Of a stretch of DNA of 64,000 nucleotides, positions 1-9,928 are shown in pieces. Numbering within the stretch: position 1 is the stretch's first letter; each line of letters starts with the position of its first letter. Position numbers and translations under genes: made by a program. The stretch lies in assembly GCA_050123235.1 (NCBI GenBank), contig JASFHL010000001.1:84651-148650 (forward strand), in the 5' to 3' direction. Source of the stretch: Candidatus Woesebacteria bacterium (GTDB taxonomy: Bacteria > Patescibacteriota > Microgenomatia > UBA1400 > PJMF01). The notes below the pieces were generated by a model. That model saw nothing but the letters and a program-made list of their open reading frames with translations. It searched no databases and had not been told where the DNA came from.

Positions 1-74
1 CCTAAAATGGCAATAGTGATTAGGAGGGGAGTATGTTTTTTCATAGTAAAAATAGTATAGCATAGTTACTATTT

Positions 75-695
75 TTACAGCAAAATATCAGCGATGAGAT
101 TAATGATTGGCGAAATTAAACGTGCTGCAGGTGAGACTGAGGTGAAGATTGGGAAAATTAAAAGCAATAGAACCAAAGTACCATATCGTTCCATGAAACG
201 TTCATACTCAATGGCAGTAGTTTTGGGTAGGATGGCGGTCAGGATTTTACTACCATCAAGAGGATAGATTGGCAATAAATTGAAAACAGCCAACATGATG
301 TTGATAATCACTAAGCTAATTAAAGCAGTGTTGACCACCATAAAAGGGATTAGCCCGAGTTTGATTACGATAGAGAGTAATAAGGCAACAGCTAAGTTTG
401 AGACTGGGCCTGCTAAAGCAATCAGGGCAGTGTCGCGCACAGGTTCCTTTAGATTGAAAGGATCAAAAGGAGCTGGTTTACCCCAACCAAATCTAGTTAA
501 GAGGATAGCGATGGTGCCGATAGGATCTAGATGTACTCTAGGATCTAGAGTTAGCCTACCCTTGACTCTGGGTGTAGGATCACCGAGTTTATCTGCTGCT
601 AAACTGTGGGCGAACTCATGAATCACAATTGACATCAATAAACCGGGAAAGAAAACTAAAAAAACTAGTGGTTGAGAAAAAAGTAAACTGATCAT
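75..695 (-). CDS. Site-2 protease family zinc metalloprotease (peptidase M50), integral membrane
   Basis: HEFAH (HExxH) zinc-binding motif near N-terminus; LPIYPLDG (LDG) motif; multiple hydrophobic TM segments. Confidence 0.8.
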   Translation of the reverse strand: MISLLFSQPLVFLVFFPGLLMSIVIHEFAHSLAADKLGDPTPRVKGRLTLDPRVHLDPIGTIAILLTRFGWGKPAPFDPFNLKEPVRDTALIALAGPVSNLAVALLLSIVIKLGLIPFMVVNTALISLVIINIMLAVFNLLPIYPLDGSKILTAILPKTTAIEYERFMERYGTLVLLLLIFPIFTSVSPAARLISPIINLIADILL

Positions 696-830
696 AAAAA
701 TGCTTAGTTTTGATTATTTATTTTAAGCCGAGCTTATTATATTATCGATTGCCAAATTTGCCCAGATGTGTTGTTTTTTTATGAAATTTTTATTTGCCCT
801 CTAGGGTCATTAATGATACAATCACTCTCT

Positions 831-1049
831 ATGAAAAGTTTTGCTTTTAAATTTCCCAGAGTAGCCCATATTGGTCATAAAGTTTCTCATGCCAAAAATA
901 GAAAAAAAAGGGCTTTTAAATATAATCTACATACTGTCACTCTCAAGATAGATGGTACTAAGAAAAAATTCCGTGTGCCAACTAAGGTTTTGAGAATGCT
1001 TAAAAAGTCAGGCATGACCACTCATTGGAAAAAAGAGGCTAGTTCTTAG
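831..1049 (+). CDS. rpmB: 50S ribosomal protein L28
   Basis: VSHAKNRKKRAFKYNLH matches L28 core (SHA.N.TKRRF.PNLH); about 72 aa from internal ATG at 831 (ORF track starts further upstream at 768). Confidence 0.75.
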   Translation: MKSFAFKFPRVAHIGHKVSHAKNRKKRAFKYNLHTVTLKIDGTKKKFRVPTKVLRMLKKSGMTTHWKKEASS

Positions 1050-1156
1050 TTCCCCAAGATTGCCTTTTTCTATATTTCATGGTCTAATAAAAATATACCG
1101 TCTGGAAGGAAACTTTCGAGTTTTTAAGCCAGGAATTGAATACTAATCTTTGAACC

Positions 1157-1456
1157 ATGAGCTTCAGAGAGAAAGTAACTATGGGAGAATTTAGAAAAAT
1201 AACGGATAAAGTTTTACTTGGAAAGATTACTGATTTGAATAATATGACTGATCCTGATGAACAGCTTAGACAAGCTGCTTTTCTCAGAAAAAAGTACCCC
1301 AATAATAAATGGGCTCAGCGATCAATCCGTAGAATAACTGACCCGAATTATCAGGCATTAGTACAAGCGTATGCTAATGCTTTTGGGAGGAGAGAATTCA
1401 AAAAAGCAGCAGCAATTGAGGCTGAAATAAAAAGATTATTTCCAGATTTAGCTTAA
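1157..1456 (+). CDS. hypothetical small basic protein
   Basis: ORF only; no recognisable motif; alternative start at 1181 (MGEFRKI). Confidence 0.3.
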   Translation: MSFREKVTMGEFRKITDKVLLGKITDLNNMTDPDEQLRQAAFLRKKYPNNKWAQRSIRRITDPNYQALVQAYANAFGRREFKKAAAIEAEIKRLFPDLA

Positions 1457-2547
1457 TCCCTTAGCACATTCTTGACTTCATGCCAGCTGGCCTTATTTTT
1501 ACCCTCAATTTGCACTTCATCTAGCACCAGCGTCTCTTCCTTACAATGACATTGCCAAATTTTCATTCTCTTAGGGCCTTTTGTGGTAGGGATAATAGTC
1601 CAGAGAACTGGCCAAGGTTGAAAAGCTCGACAGGCTTGTTCTATTATTTCAAGGGAAGGGTTTTTTTGCAGCCAAGTTTTTAGGAGAGGCATTTTCCTTT
1701 TTTGTCTACTTAGATTCAGTTCTTTAATTTGGTCAATTTTGATTTTTTCTTTAGAAAGGAAGCTTGGTTTTGTTTTTGCTAAATAAATTTTAAGTTTTTC
1801 CCAGCTGATAAAACTGTCGTCTTTAGTGAGGCGTCGGGCGATTGGAGTAGGTGAGTTTGTGGGCTGAGCCTGGGCTTTGATTTTTTGTTTGCTAAAGTCA
1901 AAGATAACTTGGGCTAAATTTTGATTAATTAATTTAAAAGCAGCCTGATAGTACTCAGTCTGCGTCCAGTTTTTTTGAACAGTGAAAGTTTTTTTGTAAA
2001 TGATTGGCCCTTGGTCAAGTTGCTCATTCATTTTGATCAAGCAAATGGCGCTTTGCTTTTCAGCAGTTAAGAGGACAAATTGACCAGGAGAGCTACCTCG
2101 CCACTTGGGTAAGTCAGAAGGGTGAATATTGAGCGGAGCGATTTTAGGCAATTCTAACAGCCAGTTGGGGATGAGATAACCAAAGTCAACTACCAGTAAG
2201 AGATCCAGCTCAGAAGAGTGGGAACTAAAGATTTTGTCTTTTAGAGTGGCCGATGATAATTTTTTATTTTTCTTTTTTGCCACTAGGCACTGTTTTTGGA
2301 TTTTAGTTTTTAATTCTTGATCGATTTTTTTAACTACATTAATAACAGGGATGTTCTTTTCTTCAGCAAAGTTTTGCAAAGGGTTTTTGACAATTTTTTG
2401 TTTACGGCCAATGGCTTTAGGCTGAGGAGTAAGTGTCCAGGAGATTTGAAACCTTTTGTCAGCTGCGATTGTTTGGGCGCAAGTCAAGCTATTTTGGCTA
2501 GATCCAGCAATGGCGATTTTTATAGTATTTGTACTTTGTCCTTTCAT
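1453..2547 (-). CDS. fmt: methionyl-tRNA formyltransferase with extended C-terminal domain
   Basis: IAIAGS N-terminus, HPSDLPKWRG (HPSLLPxxRG) formyltransferase motif; located immediately downstream of def on same strand. Confidence 0.85.
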   Translation of the reverse strand: MKGQSTNTIKIAIAGSSQNSLTCAQTIAADKRFQISWTLTPQPKAIGRKQKIVKNPLQNFAEEKNIPVINVVKKIDQELKTKIQKQCLVAKKKNKKLSSATLKDKIFSSHSSELDLLLVVDFGYLIPNWLLELPKIAPLNIHPSDLPKWRGSSPGQFVLLTAEKQSAICLIKMNEQLDQGPIIYKKTFTVQKNWTQTEYYQAAFKLINQNLAQVIFDFSKQKIKAQAQPTNSPTPIARRLTKDDSFISWEKLKIYLAKTKPSFLSKEKIKIDQIKELNLSRQKRKMPLLKTWLQKNPSLEIIEQACRAFQPWPVLWTIIPTTKGPKRMKIWQCHCKEETLVLDEVQIEGKNKASWHEVKNVLRD

Positions 2548-2696
2548 GTGATTTTATTGCAGGAAAGTTTTTTTTAATTTTTTAAAAAAGGGCAATTGTT
2601 GCCAAATTTCAAAATTTTAATTTTTTCAGAATTTATACAGGCTCCAGGATTGCCGGACGATTTTGCTGCCTGGCTAACAAGCATTACTCCTGTTTT

Positions 2697-3272
2697 TTAA
2701 AAAATCTTCAACAGTGATTTATCCTCGATTTCTTCTAGTTTTTTTGTCTTTTTATTCTCTTTATAAATTGGCAAGTCATACTCTAAAATATAATCAGTGA
2801 ATAAAATACCTTCTAGATGGTCATATTCGTGCTGGATAACTCTAGCATTAAAATCTTCAAATTTAGCTTTCTGTTCAATTAAGTTCCCATTAGCAATTTG
2901 TTGATACTCAATTTCTATCCATTGCCAGCGGGGTACAGGTCCATAAAAACTAGGGATAGATAGACAGCCTTCTAAGCGTGGTTCATCTTTTTTTTGTCCA
3001 AAAATTTGTTTGTAGCTGTGTTTTTTGATGACTGGATTAATAAAGACGTGCAAGGCTGGTGATTCTTTGTTTGTCTGATTTTTCAGTTGGGTAGCAAAAA
3101 TCCTCCATGATTTATTTACTTGAGGTGCAGCTAGGCCAACTCCTTTAGGATCTCTGGCACCGCTTAAGGTAGTCTCTAAGTTCTTCACAAAGGAAATAAT
3201 CTTTTTATCAGCTTTAGTTATTGGCCTAGCCTTTTGGCGTAAAGTTGGATGTGGTGCAGTGATAACTTTCAT
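2697..3272 (-). CDS. def: peptide deformylase
   Basis: Three canonical PDF motifs: GLAAPQV, EGCLS, HEYDHLEG. Confidence 0.9.
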   Translation of the reverse strand: MKVITAPHPTLRQKARPITKADKKIISFVKNLETTLSGARDPKGVGLAAPQVNKSWRIFATQLKNQTNKESPALHVFINPVIKKHSYKQIFGQKKDEPRLEGCLSIPSFYGPVPRWQWIEIEYQQIANGNLIEQKAKFEDFNARVIQHEYDHLEGILFTDYILEYDLPIYKENKKTKKLEEIEDKSLLKIF

Positions 3273-4177
3273 TTTTTCTTTACTCTGCCTCTCAAACTTA
3301 CGCTAGCACTGGCAATACTTTTACCAGTATCGCTTTCATAAGGATAAACAATGATCATGGCTGATTCTTCTTTACTCATTTCAGCCAAATTTTGGATTTC
3401 TCTAAGCCTGAAACCTCCTTCTTGTTTGGCTAAAATTTGGCTGGCTTCAGTCATTTTCTTAGCAACCGCAACTTCTGCTTCTGCTTGGATCTGTTTAGCT
3501 TCAGAGGCTCTTCTAGCACGAGCAATGACTGCTAATTCTTCGACCAACTCCGGTGGAGTGTCAATATCTGTAATGCGCACAGCTCTAACATTCACTCCAT
3601 AATTTACAGCTTGACTGTCAATCTGTTGTTTAAGTTGGCTTGCAATTTCATCACGATTACTGAGTAAGTCTTTTAGATCCATACTACCGATAGTATTTTT
3701 TAAAGCTTCAGTTGATAACCAGATAATGGAACTAAGGTAATTTTTGACATTAATGACTGCTTTTTGGGGATTTTCAACTTCAAACTCAATGGCTGCTGTT
3801 ACTCTAGTAGGAACATTGTCCTTGGTTAAAGTAGCAGTAGCTTCCACTTGCTGAGTAACGATTCTGGTATCAACAATATCAGCTACAGAATAAATAAAAG
3901 GGGGAATGAGAAAATAGCCTGGACCTTTGACACCAGCAAATTTACCCATTTTAAGTAAGACTAATCTTTCCCATTCTGGCAGTACATAGAACATTTTGGA
4001 AATTGTGAGAGCAAGCCAGATATCAACTCCTAGAAAAGCAAAAGTCACTAAAGAACCAGCTTCAGCAATGGAGATCAAGGCAGCTATTGGTAGAGAAACG
4101 AGAACTAAAATTCCTAAGACAACTAGGAAAATAGCAGTTCTGATAAAGGTTTGGACTGAGTTGGTGTTTCTTGGCAT
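3269..4177 (-). CDS. SPFH/band-7 (stomatin/prohibitin-like) membrane protein
   Basis: N-terminal TM then band-7 core, followed by A/E/K-rich coiled coil typical of HflK/C-stomatin family. Confidence 0.75.
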   Translation of the reverse strand: MPRNTNSVQTFIRTAIFLVVLGILVLVSLPIAALISIAEAGSLVTFAFLGVDIWLALTISKMFYVLPEWERLVLLKMGKFAGVKGPGYFLIPPFIYSVADIVDTRIVTQQVEATATLTKDNVPTRVTAAIEFEVENPQKAVINVKNYLSSIIWLSTEALKNTIGSMDLKDLLSNRDEIASQLKQQIDSQAVNYGVNVRAVRITDIDTPPELVEELAVIARARRASEAKQIQAEAEVAVAKKMTEASQILAKQEGGFRLREIQNLAEMSKEESAMIIVYPYESDTGKSIASASVSLRGRVKKK

Positions 4178-4292
4178 ATGAGCGTATTATATCAAAGTAT
4201 TTTAAGAGGCAAATAGCATGAGCTTTGCTCTAAGTTAAGAATTGTTAGAATTTTATTTTGAGTTTAGTAAAGCCTTAAAAATGTTTTCTATA

Positions 4293-6581
4293 TCAATTAT
4301 TCACCTCAGCACTCATCGAAGCTTCCACTACTTCCAGTCTTTCTTTAATCTTGGGGTCATTAGGTAAAAAATGCTCTAGTAAGTATTGATATTGTTCTTT
4401 TGCTTTTGGGTAAAGTTTTAGCATTTCATATCTCTGACCAAGATAGAACCTAGCTTCCAGATAATTATCTTTCATTTTAATACTAGCTTCTAGAGCTTGA
4501 AAGGCTTCATCAATATCTCCCAATTGGAATTTAATTTGGCTTAGTTGGAACATAAGTTTGGCATCGGTCGGAGATAGAAGAAGGGCTTGTTTGGCAGTTA
4601 ATTCTGCCTCTTGTAAATATTCTTTTTTAAGTTCAGCTAGTGAATTGAGAATATAGATTCTATTTTTGTAAAAAATTAAGTGTCTGGGGTTTAAGAATAG
4701 AGCATAGTTACTTAGTTCAAGAGCATTTTCAGCCAATTCAAGACTGGCTTCTTTTTCTTCAATCATGTTTAGTTTTAAGGCTAAGTCAGCATAAATAGTA
4801 GCTAAATTGTTATAAAATAAGGCCTCATGAGGTGATTTTTTGATAGCAAGCTCTATTTCGCTGAGGCCTTCAGTCACTCTAGCTTTTTGAACTAAAGCTT
4901 TTCCTTGGGTAAAATGAAAGTCAGCTAGCCAGATATTAGCAATGCTGTTTAAGCAATAAAAAATAACTAGGGCCACTATGCTAAGCGAAATTGGGCTAGG
5001 GATAGCAAAGATAATTTTTTTAAACTGAGATTTGATAGTTAACAAGCTTTGTTTTTGACTTAGTTTTGTCTGACTGCTTTTTTTAGTAACTTTAAGTTTT
5101 TTGCTTTCAATAACAATTACAAAAGCAGGGTAAAGAAAGAGTAGCACTGAGACCATAACTGTAGAAAAGCCGAAAAAATTGGAAATTGAAAGCGCAATAA
5201 GGCCAGTTACTAAGCCGAGGGTAATTAGAAAAAACTCTGCTTGCTTTTCTTTGAGTAGAGATCTACTAGCAACAATGAAAAAGCTAACTAAAAGAGCAAG
5301 GTAGGCAATAAAACCAACTATGCCAGTGGTGGCCAAAAAATTTAAAAATTCATTGTGAGCTTTGTTATATAAAAAGTCCCATTCAGAAAGCAAATTGTGT
5401 TCAAGAGGACGATTTTGGTAGTAACTATAGGCAAAAGTTTCTACGCCAGAACCAAAGAGTGGATAGCGTAGCCAGACTCCAATCGCTCCTTTCCACACGA
5501 CCTTACGAATATCTCCTGACTCAGTGCCACCACTGGGTATTTTTTCTATATTTTTAGTTTTAGGAGAATTTATACTTTCTGTAGTTTGAGAACTGTTACT
5601 ATACCAAAGTTCTTTTAATGATGGTGTGAAGGTCGTGCCAAAGATTCCGGCAATCAAAAAAAAGACAGTATAAAGTAAAAGCAGAGATTTAAAGAGAGGC
5701 TTAATGAATATTTGTCTGAAATTAAATTGTTTTTTTCCTTCAAGCCAAATGATACCCAGAGTATAAATGACTAAAGCAAAAGCTAAAGCTAAAATACCAG
5801 ATCTGGACTTAGTGAAAAGTAGGGCAGTGAAGATTAAAAAAGGGTTGAGAAAATAAAAAAGATTGTTAATTTTATTGAAAACTGAATTTGTATTCTTTTT
5901 AAGAGTAGCTAGCAAACTCAACGGTTTTGACTTCAGAAAAAAAGAAATTGACAGTGGTAGCAAAGTAATAAGATAGGCTGCCAACCAATTAGGTTGGCCA
6001 AGGCTAGCATAGACCCTGTTTCTTACATCTTGTACCCAACAGGAAACATCATAACTACTGATAATTTGTTTAATCGAGCTGCAGCTAGTAAAACTGCAAT
6101 TGATAGGAATGCAGCTTAGCGAATGGCCAAAGTGTTCAGGAATAGCATAAAGGGAGATTAAAAATGCTGCCAGTAAGCTGCTTTTTAAAAAAGATTTAAG
6201 TTCTTTTGCTTTCACATTACTGATGAAAGCGTAAAAGAGAACAATATAGCTGATAGTAGAAAGCAGTCCACCATGAAAACGAGTATAGTAGCCAAAGATG
6301 GAAGTCCGCTGATGTATTGAAAAAATGGTAGCTAGAATTTGAGAAAGTAAAAAGAAGCGGATAGGCAAGTCCAAACGGCTTTTTTTGAAAATGATTCTTT
6401 TCTCTAAAATCATTCTCGCCAACCAGCTAGCGGCAATCAGGGTCGTCAGTAAATAAACAAAAAGCATTTTATTAAATTCAAAAAGCTCTTCATTGACCCA
6501 AGTAAAAATAAAGGGTGTACTGATTAGCAAGAAGTGGAAGAAGAAGAGAATTATTTGTCTTAGTTTTTGTGACATTGACAT
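4293..6581 (-). CDS. O-antigen ligase/polymerase-like (Wzy_C) polytopic membrane protein with C-terminal TPR repeats
   Basis: At least 10 predicted TM helices, FTKSRSGILALAFALVIY ligase-like motif, C-terminal third is TPR-like helical repeats. Confidence 0.6.
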   Translation of the reverse strand: MSMSQKLRQIILFFFHFLLISTPFIFTWVNEELFEFNKMLFVYLLTTLIAASWLARMILEKRIIFKKSRLDLPIRFFLLSQILATIFSIHQRTSIFGYYTRFHGGLLSTISYIVLFYAFISNVKAKELKSFLKSSLLAAFLISLYAIPEHFGHSLSCIPINCSFTSCSSIKQIISSYDVSCWVQDVRNRVYASLGQPNWLAAYLITLLPLSISFFLKSKPLSLLATLKKNTNSVFNKINNLFYFLNPFLIFTALLFTKSRSGILALAFALVIYTLGIIWLEGKKQFNFRQIFIKPLFKSLLLLYTVFFLIAGIFGTTFTPSLKELWYSNSSQTTESINSPKTKNIEKIPSGGTESGDIRKVVWKGAIGVWLRYPLFGSGVETFAYSYYQNRPLEHNLLSEWDFLYNKAHNEFLNFLATTGIVGFIAYLALLVSFFIVASRSLLKEKQAEFFLITLGLVTGLIALSISNFFGFSTVMVSVLLFLYPAFVIVIESKKLKVTKKSSQTKLSQKQSLLTIKSQFKKIIFAIPSPISLSIVALVIFYCLNSIANIWLADFHFTQGKALVQKARVTEGLSEIELAIKKSPHEALFYNNLATIYADLALKLNMIEEKEASLELAENALELSNYALFLNPRHLIFYKNRIYILNSLAELKKEYLQEAELTAKQALLLSPTDAKLMFQLSQIKFQLGDIDEAFQALEASIKMKDNYLEARFYLGQRYEMLKLYPKAKEQYQYLLEHFLPNDPKIKERLEVVEASMSAEVNN

Positions 6582-6750
6582 ATAACAGCTTTAGTTAATA
6601 TTTGCTTATAATAAATTTTAAGATCAGCACATCCTTATTTTAATAAAATATTGACTTAATTACTAGTTCGCTCTTTTTTCGTCTTCCATTATTAATTTTT
6701 TTTAGGTTAAATAATCTCTAGATACTTTTTTAAAAGTAAATCAGATCATT

Positions 6751-7491
6751 ATGTCAGACAATCATAATAAATCAAATACTAAGCAAAGTGATCAAAAGAT
6801 CCCATCTTACGCTGATCTTTATTCTCCGCCAAAGCCAAGTGCTGCAGCAAAATCGAGTTTTCTTTCTGGCAAAAGTGATTTTTCACTAGGATCGGCTCCA
6901 GTTATTTCTGACCCAATTCCAGCCTCAGCAAGATCAATGAATAGGGCTGGTTCAGCTTGGTCTGATGATGTGGCAAAGACTGCTCCTAGGCAATTGCCAA
7001 AACAATCAGCAGCACAAATAAAGCAACCCTCTAGCTTCGCTATTGACACTAGTCGTTCGGAAGATTTAGAAGACCAGAATATTTTCTTTCTTTTGGGCGT
7101 GACTGATGGTACTGATGAGGAAAAAGAGAAATTTTTAGATGAGTTACAACAGGTAATTTGGGAAGATTTTCTTGACAATGATCTAAACTTACTCACTACA
7201 GAAGAAGAATATCAAAAAGTAGAGACAATTCTATCTAATCCGGCTAAGACAGACTTAGAAAAACAAGAGGAGGTACTCAGTTTTTTGGAAGGCTTGATTC
7301 CAGATTTAGAAGAGATCATGCTTGAAAAGGCTTTGGAGTTAAAAGAGGAACTGGTTAAAGAAAGAATAGCGGGCATGAAAGAATATTATGCTGGCCAACA
7401 AGCCAGTTCTGATAGAGTACTGGAGGCAGAATCACTGCTTAGACAAAATAAATGGTATAGTATGGCCAAGATACTCAATAGTCTAAATTAA
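6751..7491 (+). CDS. hypothetical protein, disordered S/A/P-rich N-terminus and acidic helical C-terminus
   Basis: ORF with plausible spacing upstream of mreB; no recognisable domain. Confidence 0.35.
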   Translation: MSDNHNKSNTKQSDQKIPSYADLYSPPKPSAAAKSSFLSGKSDFSLGSAPVISDPIPASARSMNRAGSAWSDDVAKTAPRQLPKQSAAQIKQPSSFAIDTSRSEDLEDQNIFFLLGVTDGTDEEKEKFLDELQQVIWEDFLDNDLNLLTTEEEYQKVETILSNPAKTDLEKQEEVLSFLEGLIPDLEEIMLEKALELKEELVKERIAGMKEYYAGQQASSDRVLEAESLLRQNKWYSMAKILNSLN

Positions 7492-7568
7492 GTTCGATTT
7501 CCATTTTTCCAATCTTCTGTTATTCTCATAATAGACTTGTAGTCCTTATTTTATTGCAAGTTTAAATT

Positions 7569-8603
7569 ATGAAACGTTTTAATAAATTTTTTGCTAACCT
7601 CGAAAATTTTTTAAATTTAAAAACAGCTCATCTCTTCATTGACTGGGGAACAGCTAGAACCAGAATTGCTATCAATAATAAGGTGGTTTTTGATCAGCCA
7701 TCATTGATTGCTGTTCATCAAGCTAGTAATGCCACTGTAGCTGTTGGTAATCAGGTTAATTCATTTAAAGCTAGAGTGAATGAGAATATCACTGTTCTTT
7801 CTCCTCTAGAAGATGGAGTGATTGTTGATAATCAATTGGCCAAACAATATTTAAAAGCAGTTTTTGGTAAAATTTTAACCAAAAAAAATAGAGTCTTTAG
7901 ACTCAAGGCTACTGTTGCTTATGCTTCCTTACTTTCGCCAGTTGAAAGATCATTTTTGAGAAAAGTATTAGGTATGGCCAATATTGAAGAAGTATTATTG
8001 CTTAAAAAAGCATGGGCCATTTATTATTTTTTGAAAAAAAAGTATAAATTAAAAGATATTTGTATCATTGATGTTGGTAAAACTAGCACAGAAATTAGTC
8101 TTTTTCTGGATGATAATTTAATTAAAGTATCTAAGATTGAATTAGCCTCAGATTCATTTAATCAAGAATTAAAAACAGCTTTGCAAAAGATTCATCAGTT
8201 AGATTTAGCCATTAAAGATATTGAAAGAATCAAAGCAGAGTTGGCTGAGTTAACTATTGAAAAGAGTGCCACGGAGAAAAAGCGACAGTTAGTGGTCAGA
8301 GGGAAAGATTTAGAAGAAGGCATTGTCAAAACAGTGGCTGTCACTAATAGCGATTTTGCTAAGCCTTTTATCAAATTGGCTGGAGATTTTGTTGAAGAGA
8401 TTAAATTCTTCTTGGCTAGCATCCCTTCAGAAACAGTTTTGACAGCTCTTGATAAAGGAATCTATCTCACTGGCGGAGGCAGCAAAATGAAAGGTTTGGC
8501 AAAGTTTTTGAGAGAAAAATTAAAATCAGAAGTGATTGTTTCTGAAAACCCAGAATTAGATTTGATTAAAGGACTGGTTTTAGGGAGTGATAAAAGAGAG
8601 TGA
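7569..8603 (+). CDS. mreB: rod shape-determining actin-like ATPase MreB (divergent)
   Basis: N-terminal phosphate-1 motif IDWGTARTRIA (DLGTANT), C-terminal IYLTGGGSKMKGLAKFL...ENPELDLIKG (GIVLTGGGALL...DPL); followed by mreC/mreD/PBP2. Confidence 0.75.
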   Translation: MKRFNKFFANLENFLNLKTAHLFIDWGTARTRIAINNKVVFDQPSLIAVHQASNATVAVGNQVNSFKARVNENITVLSPLEDGVIVDNQLAKQYLKAVFGKILTKKNRVFRLKATVAYASLLSPVERSFLRKVLGMANIEEVLLLKKAWAIYYFLKKKYKLKDICIIDVGKTSTEISLFLDDNLIKVSKIELASDSFNQELKTALQKIHQLDLAIKDIERIKAELAELTIEKSATEKKRQLVVRGKDLEEGIVKTVAVTNSDFAKPFIKLAGDFVEEIKFFLASIPSETVLTALDKGIYLTGGGSKMKGLAKFLREKLKSEVIVSENPELDLIKGLVLGSDKRE

Positions 8604-8659
8604 TAATTTATGGATCTTGATTTAATTTTTGGGTTGCTTTTTTTAGGAAAAAACAAATT

Positions 8660-9442
8660 ATGAAATTTTTAGTTTGGGATCAAAGAGAAAAAGCCAAAGA
8701 ACTTTTTTTACAAATTAGCATTTTGTTACTCTTATTCTTGTTTGAAAGCTTGGGATTGACTCAACCCATCACCGCAGTGGGTGAGCAAGTGATTAATCCC
8801 ATGCTTATCTTAACTACTAAAGTTGTTTATTTTACTAATCTACCTCTCAACTTAGCACGTAAATCATACAAATCAGCTAAAAAAATTCAAGATCTGGAAA
8901 GACGCTATAGCGAAACTTTGGCCATGCTAGGTGAAATTGAGGCTTTACGCGAAGAGAATAAAGAATTGAGAGCGATCTTGGCTAGTACTGATCGTGATTT
9001 ATCTGAGGTAATAGTGACTAGTCCTATTGTTTCTTACGCTAGTCCAGCAGTGGCAGCTGGTAAACAAGAAGGAGTGGAAGCAGGGATGATGGTGCTCTCA
9101 CATGGGACTTTATTGGCTGTGGTGGAAAAAAGCTTTGAGCATCACGCCAGTATTACTTTGTTATATCAAAAGAAACTTAAACCAATTTTAGCTAAGACAG
9201 AATCAGGGATTCAGGGTTTGATTAAGGGGGATGGCAAAAATGTCTTACTCACAGAATTACCAGTTGATGCTGAGATAAATCTTGGTGATCGAGTGCTCAC
9301 TCTTGGTCAAGCAGGAATAAAAAAAGATATTTTTATTGGTAAAGTCAGGGCCATTAAATCTGATCCATCAGCTTCAGTTAAGACTGCTGTTTTAGAACAA
9401 TATATCAATTTTTATACTATCCTGATAGTTGAAATAAAATAA
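8660..9442 (+). CDS. mreC: rod shape-determining protein MreC
   Basis: N-terminal TM, coiled-coil (EALREENKELR), C-terminal beta domain with GDRVLTLG...IGKV motif; operon context. Confidence 0.7.
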   Translation: MKFLVWDQREKAKELFLQISILLLLFLFESLGLTQPITAVGEQVINPMLILTTKVVYFTNLPLNLARKSYKSAKKIQDLERRYSETLAMLGEIEALREENKELRAILASTDRDLSEVIVTSPIVSYASPAVAAGKQEGVEAGMMVLSHGTLLAVVEKSFEHHASITLLYQKKLKPILAKTESGIQGLIKGDGKNVLLTELPVDAEINLGDRVLTLGQAGIKKDIFIGKVRAIKSDPSASVKTAVLEQYINFYTILIVEIK

Positions 9443-9481
9443 AAATAAAATTTCGTTTTTTGAAAAAGACCAAGCTTAAAA

Positions 9482-9907
9482 ATGATAATCAAAATAAGTA
9501 AATCACTATTAAAAGTTTTATCTCTGATTTTTATTCTTTGTTTTGAGAGAGTGATTGGTTTACCATTCTTCTTTTTTCTCTTTTTATTTATCTGGCTCAA
9601 CAGTTTGCTTTTCAAACAGAGAATTATCTTGATTTTATTGACAAGTTTTTTTTTGGCTGTTGTTTACCAATTTAATTTTAGTTTAGCTTTTTTCTTAATA
9701 GCTGGATTTTTTTTACTTTTTACTCAGTCAGAATCAGTTTTGCAAGATAAAAATTTTCGTTTGCTGTTCTATAGTTTAATTTCAAGTTTGGCAACGGCAT
9801 TTTTGCTGCAGTTTGCATTGAGCTTAATAACAATTGGACAAATAGCAATTAGTATTCTTTTATTGATTTTTTTAAAAATATTAAACAAAAGGAATTTTTC
9901 CTTGTAA
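9482..9907 (+). CDS. mreD: MreD-like small polytopic membrane protein
   Basis: 141 aa, entirely hydrophobic helices, positioned between mreC and PBP2. Confidence 0.45.
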   Translation: MIIKISKSLLKVLSLIFILCFERVIGLPFFFFLFLFIWLNSLLFKQRIILILLTSFFLAVVYQFNFSLAFFLIAGFFLLFTQSESVLQDKNFRLLFYSLISSLATAFLLQFALSLITIGQIAISILLLIFLKILNKRNFSL

Positions 9908-9928
9908 TATTTGAATCCAGCGTAATAT

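Noticed and set aside
280-621. 113-aa ORF on plus strand inside the site-2 protease gene (similar antisense ORFs at 3351-3602, 6819-7196, 8195-8422, 16941-17324, 22221-22556, 23312-23617, 35694-35957, 52962-53210, 57741-58085 and others)
   Set aside because: Entirely nested antisense to well-supported genes with clear motifs; no RBS or independent evidence; typical shadow ORFs.
1084-1302. 72-aa minus-strand ORF overlapping the start of ORF 1157-1456
   Set aside because: Low-complexity translation, no RBS, overlaps a better-placed plus-strand ORF.
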